Below are positions 1 to 8,912 of a DNA stretch of 64,000 nt, piece after piece. The notes beneath the pieces were generated by a model that saw nothing but the letters and a program-made list of their open reading frames with translations, searched no databases and was not told the DNA's origin. Source of the stretch: a virus (lineage: Duplodnaviria; Caudoviricetes); the IMG/VR virus record IMGVR_UViG_3300021400_001148, positions 224,001 to 288,000 of that record; one strand, 5' to 3'. The translations under genes and the position numbers were made by a program. How positions within the stretch are numbered: position 1 is the first letter of the stretch; each line of letters starts with the position of its first letter.

Positions 1-88
1 GCTCTACAGGGTATGATGTTGATTCTTTCACCAACATCCCAATAAGCTGTTTTTCCTGTTCTTCAGTTAAAATTATTTTTCTGTTCAT
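1..88 (-). CDS. 5' part of a hypothetical protein with the capsid-targeting-like N-terminal peptide (runs off window)
   Basis: Manual translation MNRKIILTEEQEKQLIGMLVKESTSYPVE; late motif (ataaata on +) at about 112-118. Confidence 0.7.
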   Translation of the reverse strand, partial: MNRKIILTEEQEKQLIGMLVKESTSYPVE

Positions 89-143
89 ATTTAAAGCCGT
101 ATCTGACAACCATAAATAGTCTCCAACTTTTAAACCTGCCTGA

Positions 144-151
144 TATTTATA
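144..151 (+). promoter_or_regulatory. putative phage late promoter TATTTAT(A), representative copy
   Basis: Recurs in sense orientation shortly before late genes at about 2926, 3694, 10904, 14143, 17752, 19094, 35476, 37861, 39079, 45467, 48439, 63493 (+) and 112, 10842, 17235, 17698, 24560, 44478, 44933 (-). Confidence 0.75.
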
Positions 152-537
152 TGTTAAAAGACAGTTATATGAAGGATTTTTTGGATTTTATATGTTCTCT
201 TCACGGATACCTGATTAGAACGAAAGAAATACATTGGTCCACTGACAGCAACGCCGAACACCTTCTCTGTGATGAAATACTTGGAGATATTGAGAAACTC
301 GAAGATGAATTCACTGAAAGTGCTATGGGTTACAGGCAGGAAAAGGTAAAGGTTGGCGATTTGAAACCGCTTCTTCCGAGAGCAGAAGCCTTGAAACCCA
401 TGCTTGAGGAACTGATTGACGATACACTCGCAACAAGAAAGAGCCTCAATGCCGAAAAAGAAAGTGGTCTCGTGAGTATTTTGGATGATATCATTGCAAT
501 GGCCCAGAAGTACATTTACCGTTCAACGCAGAAGTAA
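151..537 (+). CDS. Ferritin/Dps-like four-helix protein
   Basis: HW..S.AEH...DE...EDEF.E..MG pattern typical of phage Dps-like proteins; TATTTATA at the start (true start may be the second Met). Confidence 0.6.
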   Translation: MLKDSYMKDFLDFICSLHGYLIRTKEIHWSTDSNAEHLLCDEILGDIEKLEDEFTESAMGYRQEKVKVGDLKPLLPRAEALKPMLEELIDDTLATRKSLNAEKESGLVSILDDIIAMAQKYIYRSTQK

Positions 538-875
538 TGGAAAAGAGTTTGGACAGAATAATTACGGAAAGTCTCTCACAGGTTTTAACCGAAAGGATTA
601 AAACCAGAGACGCGTATGCCGAGGAGGATAAAAAGGAGTGCCGCAGACTCTTCAAGTCCTTGATTGGACTTCTTGGGCGGTGTGACGACCCCTCCGCTGC
701 AAAAATAGCCGGCAGTCTTGCCAAACTTATGGGGGCGACCGAAAAAGTAAATTTCGCTTCCTATAAACGCAGATACAATTATACCCCCGTTAAAAGGAGA
801 CAAGAAAATGACAAGATTTTCAACGACGGTATGAATGCGGTGCTTGATATGTTCGAAGAGGACGGATTCATTTAA
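537..875 (+). CDS. hypothetical protein, putative internal head protein
   Basis: Coupled to upstream stop (TAATG); N-terminus RIITESLSQVLTE. Confidence 0.65.
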   Translation: MEKSLDRIITESLSQVLTERIKTRDAYAEEDKKECRRLFKSLIGLLGRCDDPSAAKIAGSLAKLMGATEKVNFASYKRRYNYTPVKRRQENDKIFNDGMNAVLDMFEEDGFI

Positions 876-896
876 TAAAAAGAAACATTGTAGAAT

Positions 897-1319
897 ATGG
901 TACTTACAGAACAGGATTTACACAATATGGTAAAGGAGGCTGTGATGGCACTCCGGGAATCCTTATATGGTTTTGATGAAAGCGGAATCCCCGGAGGTTT
1001 CGATGAAGCAGATGATAAAGAGAAGCCGGAAAAACGGGATAAAGACGATGACGGTCGTCCCAATGACAGCGACAGTGAGGCGGCACAGCGTAAAAGAAGC
1101 ATTGTGCTTGACACGCTGAGAAACTATGGAGAGAATGACGAGGTGAGCAATGTAAAACGCCGCAACATCATCTACAAACTCTACAATGTCAGTGATGAAG
1201 ATGATTATGACACATACCGCAGTCTTTTTTCGAAATGCCTCAATCCAGAAGACTCGTCACACCAGTTCAGTGATGCACAAATCAATGTCATCTACAATAT
1301 GATTTCAAATATAGTCTAA
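897..1319 (+). CDS. hypothetical protein, putative internal head protein
   Basis: N-terminus MVLTEQDLHNMVKEAV..LRE; acidic. Confidence 0.7.
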   Translation: MVLTEQDLHNMVKEAVMALRESLYGFDESGIPGGFDEADDKEKPEKRDKDDDGRPNDSDSEAAQRKRSIVLDTLRNYGENDEVSNVKRRNIIYKLYNVSDEDDYDTYRSLFSKCLNPEDSSHQFSDAQINVIYNMISNIV

Positions 1320-1322
1320 GAG

Positions 1323-1799
1323 ATGAAGAAGCGTATTATCAGAGTGACTAAAAAGCAACTCAATGAGATGATGCTTATGGAGGACGGAGAGATAACCATC
1401 ACCGACAAGGTATCACCCCAGGGGTTTGCTGCTGCACAGAATAAATCAAGAACTACCGGAGCGCAGATAAATGTCGCACTTGGTTCTACGACAAACAGTA
1501 ATGGTGGTGACGGCGTGGAGGCAAAACTTGACCCCAACGACACTACTACCAACACCAACAACAATATAAATGCTGCAAAACAGACCGGCCTCGAGACCAG
1601 TTTCGTTGCCCCCATCGAAAATTTCAACGACTACAACCAGATGAAAACCTTCTCCGATAAGGTGAGCAATACATCCGGTATTGACGAGTCGAAAAAAATC
1701 AGCAAGGGCCGTTTGCTGGAGATGAAAAAAGAATACCTTTTGAAGAATTCCAAAACTTATGAAAAGAAGGATTTTTATAACAGAGGAAATCGCAGATAA
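1323..1799 (+). CDS. hypothetical protein, putative internal head protein
   Basis: N-terminus KRIIRVTKKQLNE; operon context. Confidence 0.65.
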   Translation: MKKRIIRVTKKQLNEMMLMEDGEITITDKVSPQGFAAAQNKSRTTGAQINVALGSTTNSNGGDGVEAKLDPNDTTTNTNNNINAAKQTGLETSFVAPIENFNDYNQMKTFSDKVSNTSGIDESKKISKGRLLEMKKEYLLKNSKTYEKKDFYNRGNRR

Positions 1800-2925
1800 A
1801 ATTTTAAAACTCAACGATATTCCGGAGCATCTCCTGAGTGATGTGGATTCTCACAAGACATCACTCGGGGACAATCCTTGTTTTCCCCTTGCCGGAGAAA
1901 TTTCCTATGAACATTCCGCGGCAATAAAGAGGTGGGGTGAACTCCGGAAACAGTTTGATGAAAGCCTTGATGTTGCCGGGCAGGAGAAACTCTTATCCGA
2001 GGTATCAACCAGAATAGAGGAAATTGAATCTGGGAATGAGCACATTCTCGAGAAACTATGCTTTAATATAGTCAATAAACTTTTTGCCATTCCTGCCGGG
2101 CTTGTAACTTTCAAGTGCCATATCCAACCAAATCTTGAAGGTCTTGACCGCGTCGTGCATGTGAAGTCGGAGGACACCCCGGGGATGAAATTTAAAAACA
2201 CCGCCCAAATCAAGGAACTCCGTGACGAGGTTTTCAAACGCAGGACTATCAATGCACTCATAATGGGCGCCGCCCTTACATATTCAAACCTGCCCAAGGA
2301 GTTCGTGGGAGATGTGTATGAAATAGACCCCGAACTTCCTAAACTCTATAAACAGTATAACCTTCTCAATAATCTTCTCTTATTCGAGAAACCTACGGAG
2401 ATAACCGAAGACAATAAACAGCAGGGCGGTCTGGTACGGGTAAACCTCGGAAACGACATAAAAAGGACGGCCATTGAGGCATATGGTAAAAACTTTCCGA
2501 TTCTCCTTTGTGAATCCATCCGTGGCTTTATGGAACTTTTCGCATCCCACGGACTCCCGGAAGAAAAATCTGAGGCTGAATTCGTTATGAAAAAAGCTGA
2601 CTTCCTCGCTGCGGAACCTTGGGATATGCGTCTCGGGCCTGTGATGTGGAAGTCTCTCGTATCGGCGATAGGCGGTGTTGAAAGCACATTCCTTCCGTCG
2701 ATATTCATGAAACTCACCTCCCTGCCGGCAACGGACTTTTTCCATATTATGAGTGAAATTCTGGCTGAAACGGAGGAGGGCGATGAAATTATGTCTTCCA
2801 TAGCAGAAGAAGCAAAGCACGATATCGACTACGATGATTTCTGTGACACGCTTGCCCAGAAAAATATGGATAAGAATATGATTGCTGATGAGTACCTCTC
2901 AGAGAGTGATTTGGATATGTTCTAA
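1759..2925 (+). CDS. hypothetical phage protein, head-gene cluster
   Basis: 388-aa ORF directly upstream of the prohead protease; N-terminus KRRIFITEE. Confidence 0.75.
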   Translation: MKRRIFITEEIADKILKLNDIPEHLLSDVDSHKTSLGDNPCFPLAGEISYEHSAAIKRWGELRKQFDESLDVAGQEKLLSEVSTRIEEIESGNEHILEKLCFNIVNKLFAIPAGLVTFKCHIQPNLEGLDRVVHVKSEDTPGMKFKNTAQIKELRDEVFKRRTINALIMGAALTYSNLPKEFVGDVYEIDPELPKLYKQYNLLNNLLLFEKPTEITEDNKQQGGLVRVNLGNDIKRTAIEAYGKNFPILLCESIRGFMELFASHGLPEEKSEAEFVMKKADFLAAEPWDMRLGPVMWKSLVSAIGGVESTFLPSIFMKLTSLPATDFFHIMSEILAETEEGDEIMSSIAEEAKHDIDYDDFCDTLAQKNMDKNMIADEYLSESDLDMF

Positions 2926-2952
2926 TATTTATAGTCTGTAGAGTTAAATGTT

Positions 2953-3645
2953 ATGAGACTTGTTGAGATAAAGAAAAACAATATAGGGACGGGACTTTTG
3001 GTTGAAAGTGACGGATTCATTTCGTTGCAGGATGAACATAACAAGCCCCTGCGTGAGGCTATAGGGGCCCCGGGGGAACTTAATCTTCCCAATCCGTTTG
3101 TGGTAAATGCGGTGTTTCAGAAATTCGGCATTGAAAACGCCAACGGAAGAATCTACCCAGAGGATGTACTCAAAAGAGAAGTTGAGAAGTATCTTCAAAA
3201 AGTCGCTGACAGAAGGGGCTACGGAGAAGCCAACCACCCGGATTCGAGTTCAATTGATACCGACCGCATCGCTATAAACATCATTGAACTCCACTGGGAA
3301 GGAAACACTCTTGTCGGTAAAATAGAGCTCCCGCTTTCCCCGGGGTTCAGAAAATATGGCATTATCACTTGCAAAGCTGACCTCGTGGCAAACTGGCTTC
3401 TTAACGGCCTCAAACTCGGCGTTTCTTCCAGAGGCGTGGGTTCCGTTGAACAGAAATACGGAAAATATATTGTCGGTGACGATTTTGAACTTATCTGCTG
3501 GGATGTGGTAACCGACCCGTCGACCCCGGGAGCATGGATTTCCGAAAATCCAGAAGAACTTCAGCAATATGTGGAATCAAAGGAAGATAAAGAAAATATT
3601 TTAACGGAAAAATTAAATAAATTCAAAGATTGGCTTTCAATATAA
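2953..3645 (+). CDS. prohead core protease (T4 gp21-like)
   Basis: FQ..G.ENANGRIYP, GEANHP, LGVSSRGVGS and WDVVTDPSTPGA motifs. Confidence 0.95.
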   Translation: MRLVEIKKNNIGTGLLVESDGFISLQDEHNKPLREAIGAPGELNLPNPFVVNAVFQKFGIENANGRIYPEDVLKREVEKYLQKVADRRGYGEANHPDSSSIDTDRIAINIIELHWEGNTLVGKIELPLSPGFRKYGIITCKADLVANWLLNGLKLGVSSRGVGSVEQKYGKYIVGDDFELICWDVVTDPSTPGAWISENPEELQQYVESKEDKENILTEKLNKFKDWLSI

Positions 3646-3736
3646 CAATTTTCACTTTTTCGTGTGAAAAAATGTTTTTTGCAAGTTAAACTATATTTAT
3701 TGATAAATAAATGGCAAAAAATAGCATTATTCAATT

Positions 3737-5077
3737 ATGAATAAAGAAAATAAAAATAGCATTTTGGACCCTGATATGCTCACAGAAGCAATCAAAGAAC
3801 AGACAAGAGATACTGTGTCTTCACTTCTTGGAAAAGAACTTAGGAATTATCTTAAGGAGTCCATTGAAGATGATGACGAGGATGAAAAGGCTCCTGCAAC
3901 TGATTCTAAAGAGGACAAAGCACCTGAGGCTGGAACTGAGGAAACAACTCCGGATGTTGCAGTTGATGATGCACAGGAAGGCGACGGTGAAGAGACCCCG
4001 GCTACTGATGAGCCCGAGGTTGATGAGCCCGAAAGCAGTGATGAATGGTCCGACTTTAAAGATTATGAGGTTGGGGATGGCGAATATGACTTGACTGGCG
4101 AAGAGGACATTGCAAAAGTTGCAAAGGTTTGGAAGGCCCTTTCAGACAGTGATGATGTTGTTGTCACACAGCAGGACGGCAAAATCGAACTGAAAGACAA
4201 GGAGACCGGTGCCGAGTATCTTATTGATACGAACGCTTCTGAGGGTGCAGAAGATGCTGCTCCGGAAGAGGAAAATGCAGAGGAGCCTCTTTTTGAGATT
4301 ACACTCAATGAAGATGGACTTGGTTACACCGACAATTACCAGAGCAAGAATCCGGTGGAAGGCGGTGAACCTTACGATGCACCAACCCCTAACGAGACAA
4401 GAAAATGGGATGCCGGTGCCCCCGAAGGAAAGAACAAGCCTTGGGCTGGTCCTTCCAAAACAGAGGGTGACCCTTATGTAAATGAGGAGGAGAACATCTT
4501 CGAGATTTCTCTTGGCACTGACGAGTGTGGAGATTTTAATGCTCCTATTGAGGAAGGTGCTGATACCAACTCCCAGAAAACTGTCAGAATGGCTAACAAA
4601 TCCAAGTATGGCCAGCACAGACCTGAAGGCCCCGCCGAAGTCAAGAAAGTTGATTCCGCCGACGGAAGCGTAAATGAGGCTATCTTGAAGAAACTTAAGA
4701 CGATTGAAGAAGAGAACAAGGTTCTTAAATCTTCTCTTGTTAAATTCAGAAAGGCCCTCAATGAGTCTGTTGTTGCCAATGCAAATCTTGGTAAGTTTGT
4801 AACTCTTGTTGTTGAAAACGCAACATCTACTGAGGAAAAACTTAATATCCTCAGCAGGTTCGACAAAGAGGCTAAGACTCTCGAGCAGAGCCAGTCACTC
4901 TTTGAGAGTATCAACAAAGAGCTCAAATCCGTCAAGAAAGGAAATGTTAATGCTGACAAACAAATGAGCATAAACGAATCTGCTGCAAATAACATCAACG
5001 AAAACAAAATTTACAAGAATGAAGATAATACCGTAAACGAGTCTCTCGACCTTATGCGTAGAATGAACATTCTGTAA
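3737..5077 (+). CDS. prohead scaffold/core protein (gp22-like)
   Basis: Very acidic protein with C-terminal coiled coil and many (I/L/V)NE sites; lies between protease and major capsid gene. Confidence 0.75.
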   Translation: MNKENKNSILDPDMLTEAIKEQTRDTVSSLLGKELRNYLKESIEDDDEDEKAPATDSKEDKAPEAGTEETTPDVAVDDAQEGDGEETPATDEPEVDEPESSDEWSDFKDYEVGDGEYDLTGEEDIAKVAKVWKALSDSDDVVVTQQDGKIELKDKETGAEYLIDTNASEGAEDAAPEEENAEEPLFEITLNEDGLGYTDNYQSKNPVEGGEPYDAPTPNETRKWDAGAPEGKNKPWAGPSKTEGDPYVNEEENIFEISLGTDECGDFNAPIEEGADTNSQKTVRMANKSKYGQHRPEGPAEVKKVDSADGSVNEAILKKLKTIEEENKVLKSSLVKFRKALNESVVANANLGKFVTLVVENATSTEEKLNILSRFDKEAKTLEQSQSLFESINKELKSVKKGNVNADKQMSINESAANNINENKIYKNEDNTVNESLDLMRRMNIL

Positions 5078-5115
5078 CAAAACAAAGAATAATTAAAGAA
5101 ATCATAACTAATATT

Positions 5116-7065
5116 ATGGCTAAAAATTCAATCCTTGAATCTGGCAAGTTTGGCAATGTTGCCTACAATACCCAGAAACTCATTAGGGAGCAGGTACAGG
5201 AGAAGTGGGACAAACTTGGTTTCACCAAGGGTCTTGATGGCTATCTCAAAGAAAATATGGCTATGCTCTTCGAGAATGAGGCTAAACACCTTATGACCGA
5301 GGCTACTGCTTCTGATAACAGCGGTTCTTTCGAGACTGTTGTGTTCCCTATCATCCGTCGTGTCTTCGCAAAACTTCTTGCAAACGACATCGTGTCCGTT
5401 CAGGCTATGAACCTCCCTATCGGCAAGCTCTTCTTCCTCAAACCTGTTACATCCGAAAGGACTTGGTCTATGGAAGATGGTACCGCTGTCGGTGATGAGA
5501 TTCAGGGTGGCGAAGTTGGTAGGCACTATGGCCTTATGGGCTACGAGCGTACCGAGCGTAACGGTTCTGTTGCACAGAGCAACCGCTACTACCTTCCTGA
5601 CGAGGTCGTAAACGAAATTGCTTTCGCAGTTTATGACGCTAAGGGTGCTGTTGTTGAGGAAGGTCTTACCTTCGACGAGGCTAAGGCTCTCAAAGATGCT
5701 AACCCTCTTTACCAAATCAAACAGGTTTCCCCTCAGGTTACCCAGTACATGCAGAAGACTCTCTATGACCTCTTCTACAATGACTTCCTTTATGACAACT
5801 CCAAGGGTAAAATCCACATCAAAGTTGGTACCGCTACCCCTGTTAAGTTTGACTACAAAGGTAATCTCGTAGACCTTGCAAGTGGTGAGACTTTCATTAC
5901 CAATTCTATTGACGACACTGTTCGTAGCGTCATCCTTAAAGTTGGTGGTTTCTCTTCTGTGAACCCTGGTAAACTTACCGGTCCTGATGGAAACGAAATG
6001 GATACTGAGGAATTCCTCGCATCCCTTAAGGTTATCGCTGCTGAGGACATCGCTCCTAGTTCTGCTGATACCGCTTCCTTCAAAGCAGGTGAAGGCATCC
6101 TCTTCCGCGTTGTAACACAGCGTTACGGTAAGGGTATGGTTGAGTATGCTGATGCATGCGATGCCGAAGGCCACATCTACATTGAGGTTGACCTTGCAAA
6201 ACCTGTTCGCAAACAGGGACAGACTGTTGACGGTTGGATTGGTGTTGACCCTGACGCAGTTAGTGTTGACTCCTTCAAGATTGCTTGGGCACAGTACGAC
6301 AGCCTTGAACTCGAAACCGAAATGGGTGAGGTTTCCTTCCAGCTCGACAGTGTAACTGTTAGCGTTGTTGAGAGAAAACTCCGTGCAACTTGGTCTCCTG
6401 AACTCGCACAGGATGTGTCTGCATTCCACAACATCGATGCTGAGGCTGAGCTTACCGCTATCCTCTCCGAGCAGATTGGTGCTGAAATCGACCGTGAAAT
6501 CCTCCGTGACCTTCGTAAACTTGCTCCTTGGCAGATTTCTTGGGACTACAACGGATGGCGTCGTCAGGCTGGTTTCTCAACCAACTACACTCAGAAAGAC
6601 TGGAACCAGACTCTTATCACCAGAGTTAACCAGATTTCTGCACAAATCCAGAAAGCTACTCTCCGTGGTGGTGTAAACTTCATCGTTGTTTCTGCTGAAC
6701 TTTCCGCAGTTCTTAACGACCTTGAATACTTCCATGTATCTGACGCTTCTGCTGAGCAGGATTCTTACAACATGGGTATTGAGCGTGTTGGTTCACTCTC
6801 CGGCCGTTATCAGGTCTATGTAGACCCTTATGCACCTCACTGGTCAATGATTCTTGGCCACAAGGGTAAGAGCCTTCTTGACACTGGTTACATCTATGCA
6901 CCTTATGTGCCGATGCAGTTGACTCCTACAATGTACAATCCATTCAACTTTGCTCCTGTCAAGGGCATTATGACAAGATATGCGAAGAAGATGGTTAACA
7001 ACAGGTTCTACGGTGCTGTTAAGGCTTCTGGTCTCCAGACCTTTGATATCCGCGAACTCCGTTAA
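5116..7065 (+). CDS. major capsid protein (T4 gp23-like) with large insertion
   Basis: DIVSVQAMNLPIGKLF, RKLRATWSPELAQD, AEIDREIL, YAPYVP and GIMTRYAK motifs; strong codon bias. Confidence 0.97.
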   Translation: MAKNSILESGKFGNVAYNTQKLIREQVQEKWDKLGFTKGLDGYLKENMAMLFENEAKHLMTEATASDNSGSFETVVFPIIRRVFAKLLANDIVSVQAMNLPIGKLFFLKPVTSERTWSMEDGTAVGDEIQGGEVGRHYGLMGYERTERNGSVAQSNRYYLPDEVVNEIAFAVYDAKGAVVEEGLTFDEAKALKDANPLYQIKQVSPQVTQYMQKTLYDLFYNDFLYDNSKGKIHIKVGTATPVKFDYKGNLVDLASGETFITNSIDDTVRSVILKVGGFSSVNPGKLTGPDGNEMDTEEFLASLKVIAAEDIAPSSADTASFKAGEGILFRVVTQRYGKGMVEYADACDAEGHIYIEVDLAKPVRKQGQTVDGWIGVDPDAVSVDSFKIAWAQYDSLELETEMGEVSFQLDSVTVSVVERKLRATWSPELAQDVSAFHNIDAEAELTAILSEQIGAEIDREILRDLRKLAPWQISWDYNGWRRQAGFSTNYTQKDWNQTLITRVNQISAQIQKATLRGGVNFIVVSAELSAVLNDLEYFHVSDASAEQDSYNMGIERVGSLSGRYQVYVDPYAPHWSMILGHKGKSLLDTGYIYAPYVPMQLTPTMYNPFNFAPVKGIMTRYAKKMVNNRFYGAVKASGLQTFDIRELR

Positions 7066-7089
7066 TCTATTGAAAAATAGATATTTATC

Positions 7090-7123
7090 AAAACCCAGAG
7101 TGCACAAACCTCTGGGTTTTTTT
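7090..7123 (+). terminator. intrinsic terminator after major capsid gene
   Basis: aaaacccagag-N9-ctctgggtttt followed by T run. Confidence 0.85.
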
Positions 7124-7185
7124 GTGCTTTTTAATAAACCATTTATTTTTGCACCATTAAAAGGGTATATAACGATATTTATTTG

Positions 7186-7193
7186 TATATTTG
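7186..7193 (+). promoter_or_regulatory. Bacteroidetes-type -7 promoter element
   Basis: TATATTTG (TAnnTTTG) 13 nt before ATG 7207; same element at 17042(+), 62861(+), 32858-32865(-), 45432-45439(-). Confidence 0.6.
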
Positions 7194-7206
7194 CAAAAAG
7201 AGAATT

Positions 7207-8901
7207 ATGCTGAAAACAGAAGAATTGATTGCGGACTATCTTTCAGGAAATGGTGTTGAATTTTTATGCCGGAAATATCATTTGGGAAAATTGAAGGTTA
7301 AAGATATTTTAAAAAAGAGCGATGTTCCCATGAAAACTAGAGGAGGACAAAGTAAAAAAGAGACATTTATTGTCCCTCATTGGTCTATTTTGAAATATAA
7401 AGAGGTGCCAGGAAAACATTATGTGGCATCTTCAAAAGATGGAAATTTAACTACTCATGACTATTTGAACAAATCCGGCATTCTTACATCATACATAAAA
7501 AAGACATACGGAAAAGAGTCAACGCTTTATGAGCGGCGAAAGTATTACATGAAAACCGGGAACTACTGGTGGGAACAATGGTTTAATATAATTCTTGCTG
7601 ATAATACTGTAACAAAAAAATGTCCATACTGTGATTGGGAGACAGTTGATTTGGAAAATAAAAGTGGGGCCTTTGCTATTCACCTTTTAAAGACACATGG
7701 GTTAAGTGTGAATGAATATCTCGAAAAAAATCCAGAGGATAAACAATACTTTTCTAATGAAGTAAAAAAAAATGAAAAAGAAAAACTCCTCGAAGATAAT
7801 CGAAATTTTGTCTTTTGCCCTATTTGCGGGGAAAAAATGGAAAAAATAACCCCCCAGCACATTTTTTACAAGCATCATTTGAATTTTATTGATTTTCGTA
7901 ATAAGTATCCAAATGCCAAAGTACTTTCCGATAATATGTATGATGAGACAATAAGGTCTGCCAAGGTCGGAAATCTCACTGTTTCGAAAAAAAGATTCAT
8001 ATCAAAATATGAACGAGAAATACAAGACTTTTTAAAGACAAATGGCGTAAAATTCATGGCTAACAGGCAAATTTTAGATGGGAGAGAGATTGATTTACTT
8101 ATTGAGGAAAAAAAAGTTGGAATTGAATTTGATGGGTTAAGGTTTCATACCGAATGGTTTGGGAAAAAAAATCACGGTTACCATTTAGAGAAAACAAAAA
8201 AATGTAATGAACACGGCTATGGGCTTATTCATATTTTTGAAGATGAATATGTAAATCATCGAGAAATTGTCTATAGTAAAATCTCGCACGCTTTAGGCCT
8301 TGACTTTAATAAACTAAAAATCGGGGCAAGGAAGTGCACAGTGAGGGAGATACAAAAGTCTCTTGCAGAAAAATTTCTAGAAAAGTTTCACATACAGGGA
8401 TTTTCAAGCTCATCACTTTATCTTGGTGCATTTTACAAAGACGAACTTGTTGGGGTCATGACTTTTAAACATGGGAATTTAAAAAATTATTGTTGGGAGT
8501 TGACAAGGTTTGCAACTAACAACAAATATATCTACCAAGGTCTTGGTAGTAAAATGTTTTCTTTCTTTGTTAAAAAAGAGTCGCCTGATATGGTAGTTTC
8601 ATTCGCTGACCGTAGGTGGACTATTAACCCTAATGAAAATCTATATACTAAAATGGGATTCACACTCGATTCAATAAACCCGCCGGATTACAAATACTAT
8701 AATGATAGGGTGGATAGATTTAAAAGGGTTCACAAAATGTTTTTCAGTAAAACTAAACTATGTAAAAAATATGGGTTTCCACCCTCTATGACAGAAACAG
8801 AAATGGCAAAAGCCCTTGGATATGACAGAATATGGGATTGTGGGTTGTTCAAATATGTTTGGAAATCCCCTGATATCACACAAGAAAACCACCCGGCGTA
8901 G
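7207..8901 (+). CDS. Hef-like free-standing homing endonuclease (Zn fingers, PD-(D/E)xK/DUF559-like nuclease, GNAT-like C-terminus)
   Basis: CPYC...H...H and CPIC...H fingers; EIDL...GIEFDG..FH; RFA...GLGSK, SFADRRW, RIWDCG; AT-rich relative to neighbours. Confidence 0.75.
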   Translation: MLKTEELIADYLSGNGVEFLCRKYHLGKLKVKDILKKSDVPMKTRGGQSKKETFIVPHWSILKYKEVPGKHYVASSKDGNLTTHDYLNKSGILTSYIKKTYGKESTLYERRKYYMKTGNYWWEQWFNIILADNTVTKKCPYCDWETVDLENKSGAFAIHLLKTHGLSVNEYLEKNPEDKQYFSNEVKKNEKEKLLEDNRNFVFCPICGEKMEKITPQHIFYKHHLNFIDFRNKYPNAKVLSDNMYDETIRSAKVGNLTVSKKRFISKYEREIQDFLKTNGVKFMANRQILDGREIDLLIEEKKVGIEFDGLRFHTEWFGKKNHGYHLEKTKKCNEHGYGLIHIFEDEYVNHREIVYSKISHALGLDFNKLKIGARKCTVREIQKSLAEKFLEKFHIQGFSSSSLYLGAFYKDELVGVMTFKHGNLKNYCWELTRFATNNKYIYQGLGSKMFSFFVKKESPDMVVSFADRRWTINPNENLYTKMGFTLDSINPPDYKYYNDRVDRFKRVHKMFFSKTKLCKKYGFPPSMTETEMAKALGYDRIWDCGLFKYVWKSPDITQENHPA

Positions 8902-8912
8902 GGTGGTTTTTT
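8885..8912. terminator. bidirectional terminator between convergent endonuclease and terminase genes
   Basis: aaaaccaccc-N6-gggtggtttt. Confidence 0.8.

Noticed and set aside
5128-6429. 433-aa antisense ORF over the capsid gene and similar antisense ORFs elsewhere
   Set aside because: Shadow ORFs caused by codon bias of highly expressed genes; no motifs or expression signals.
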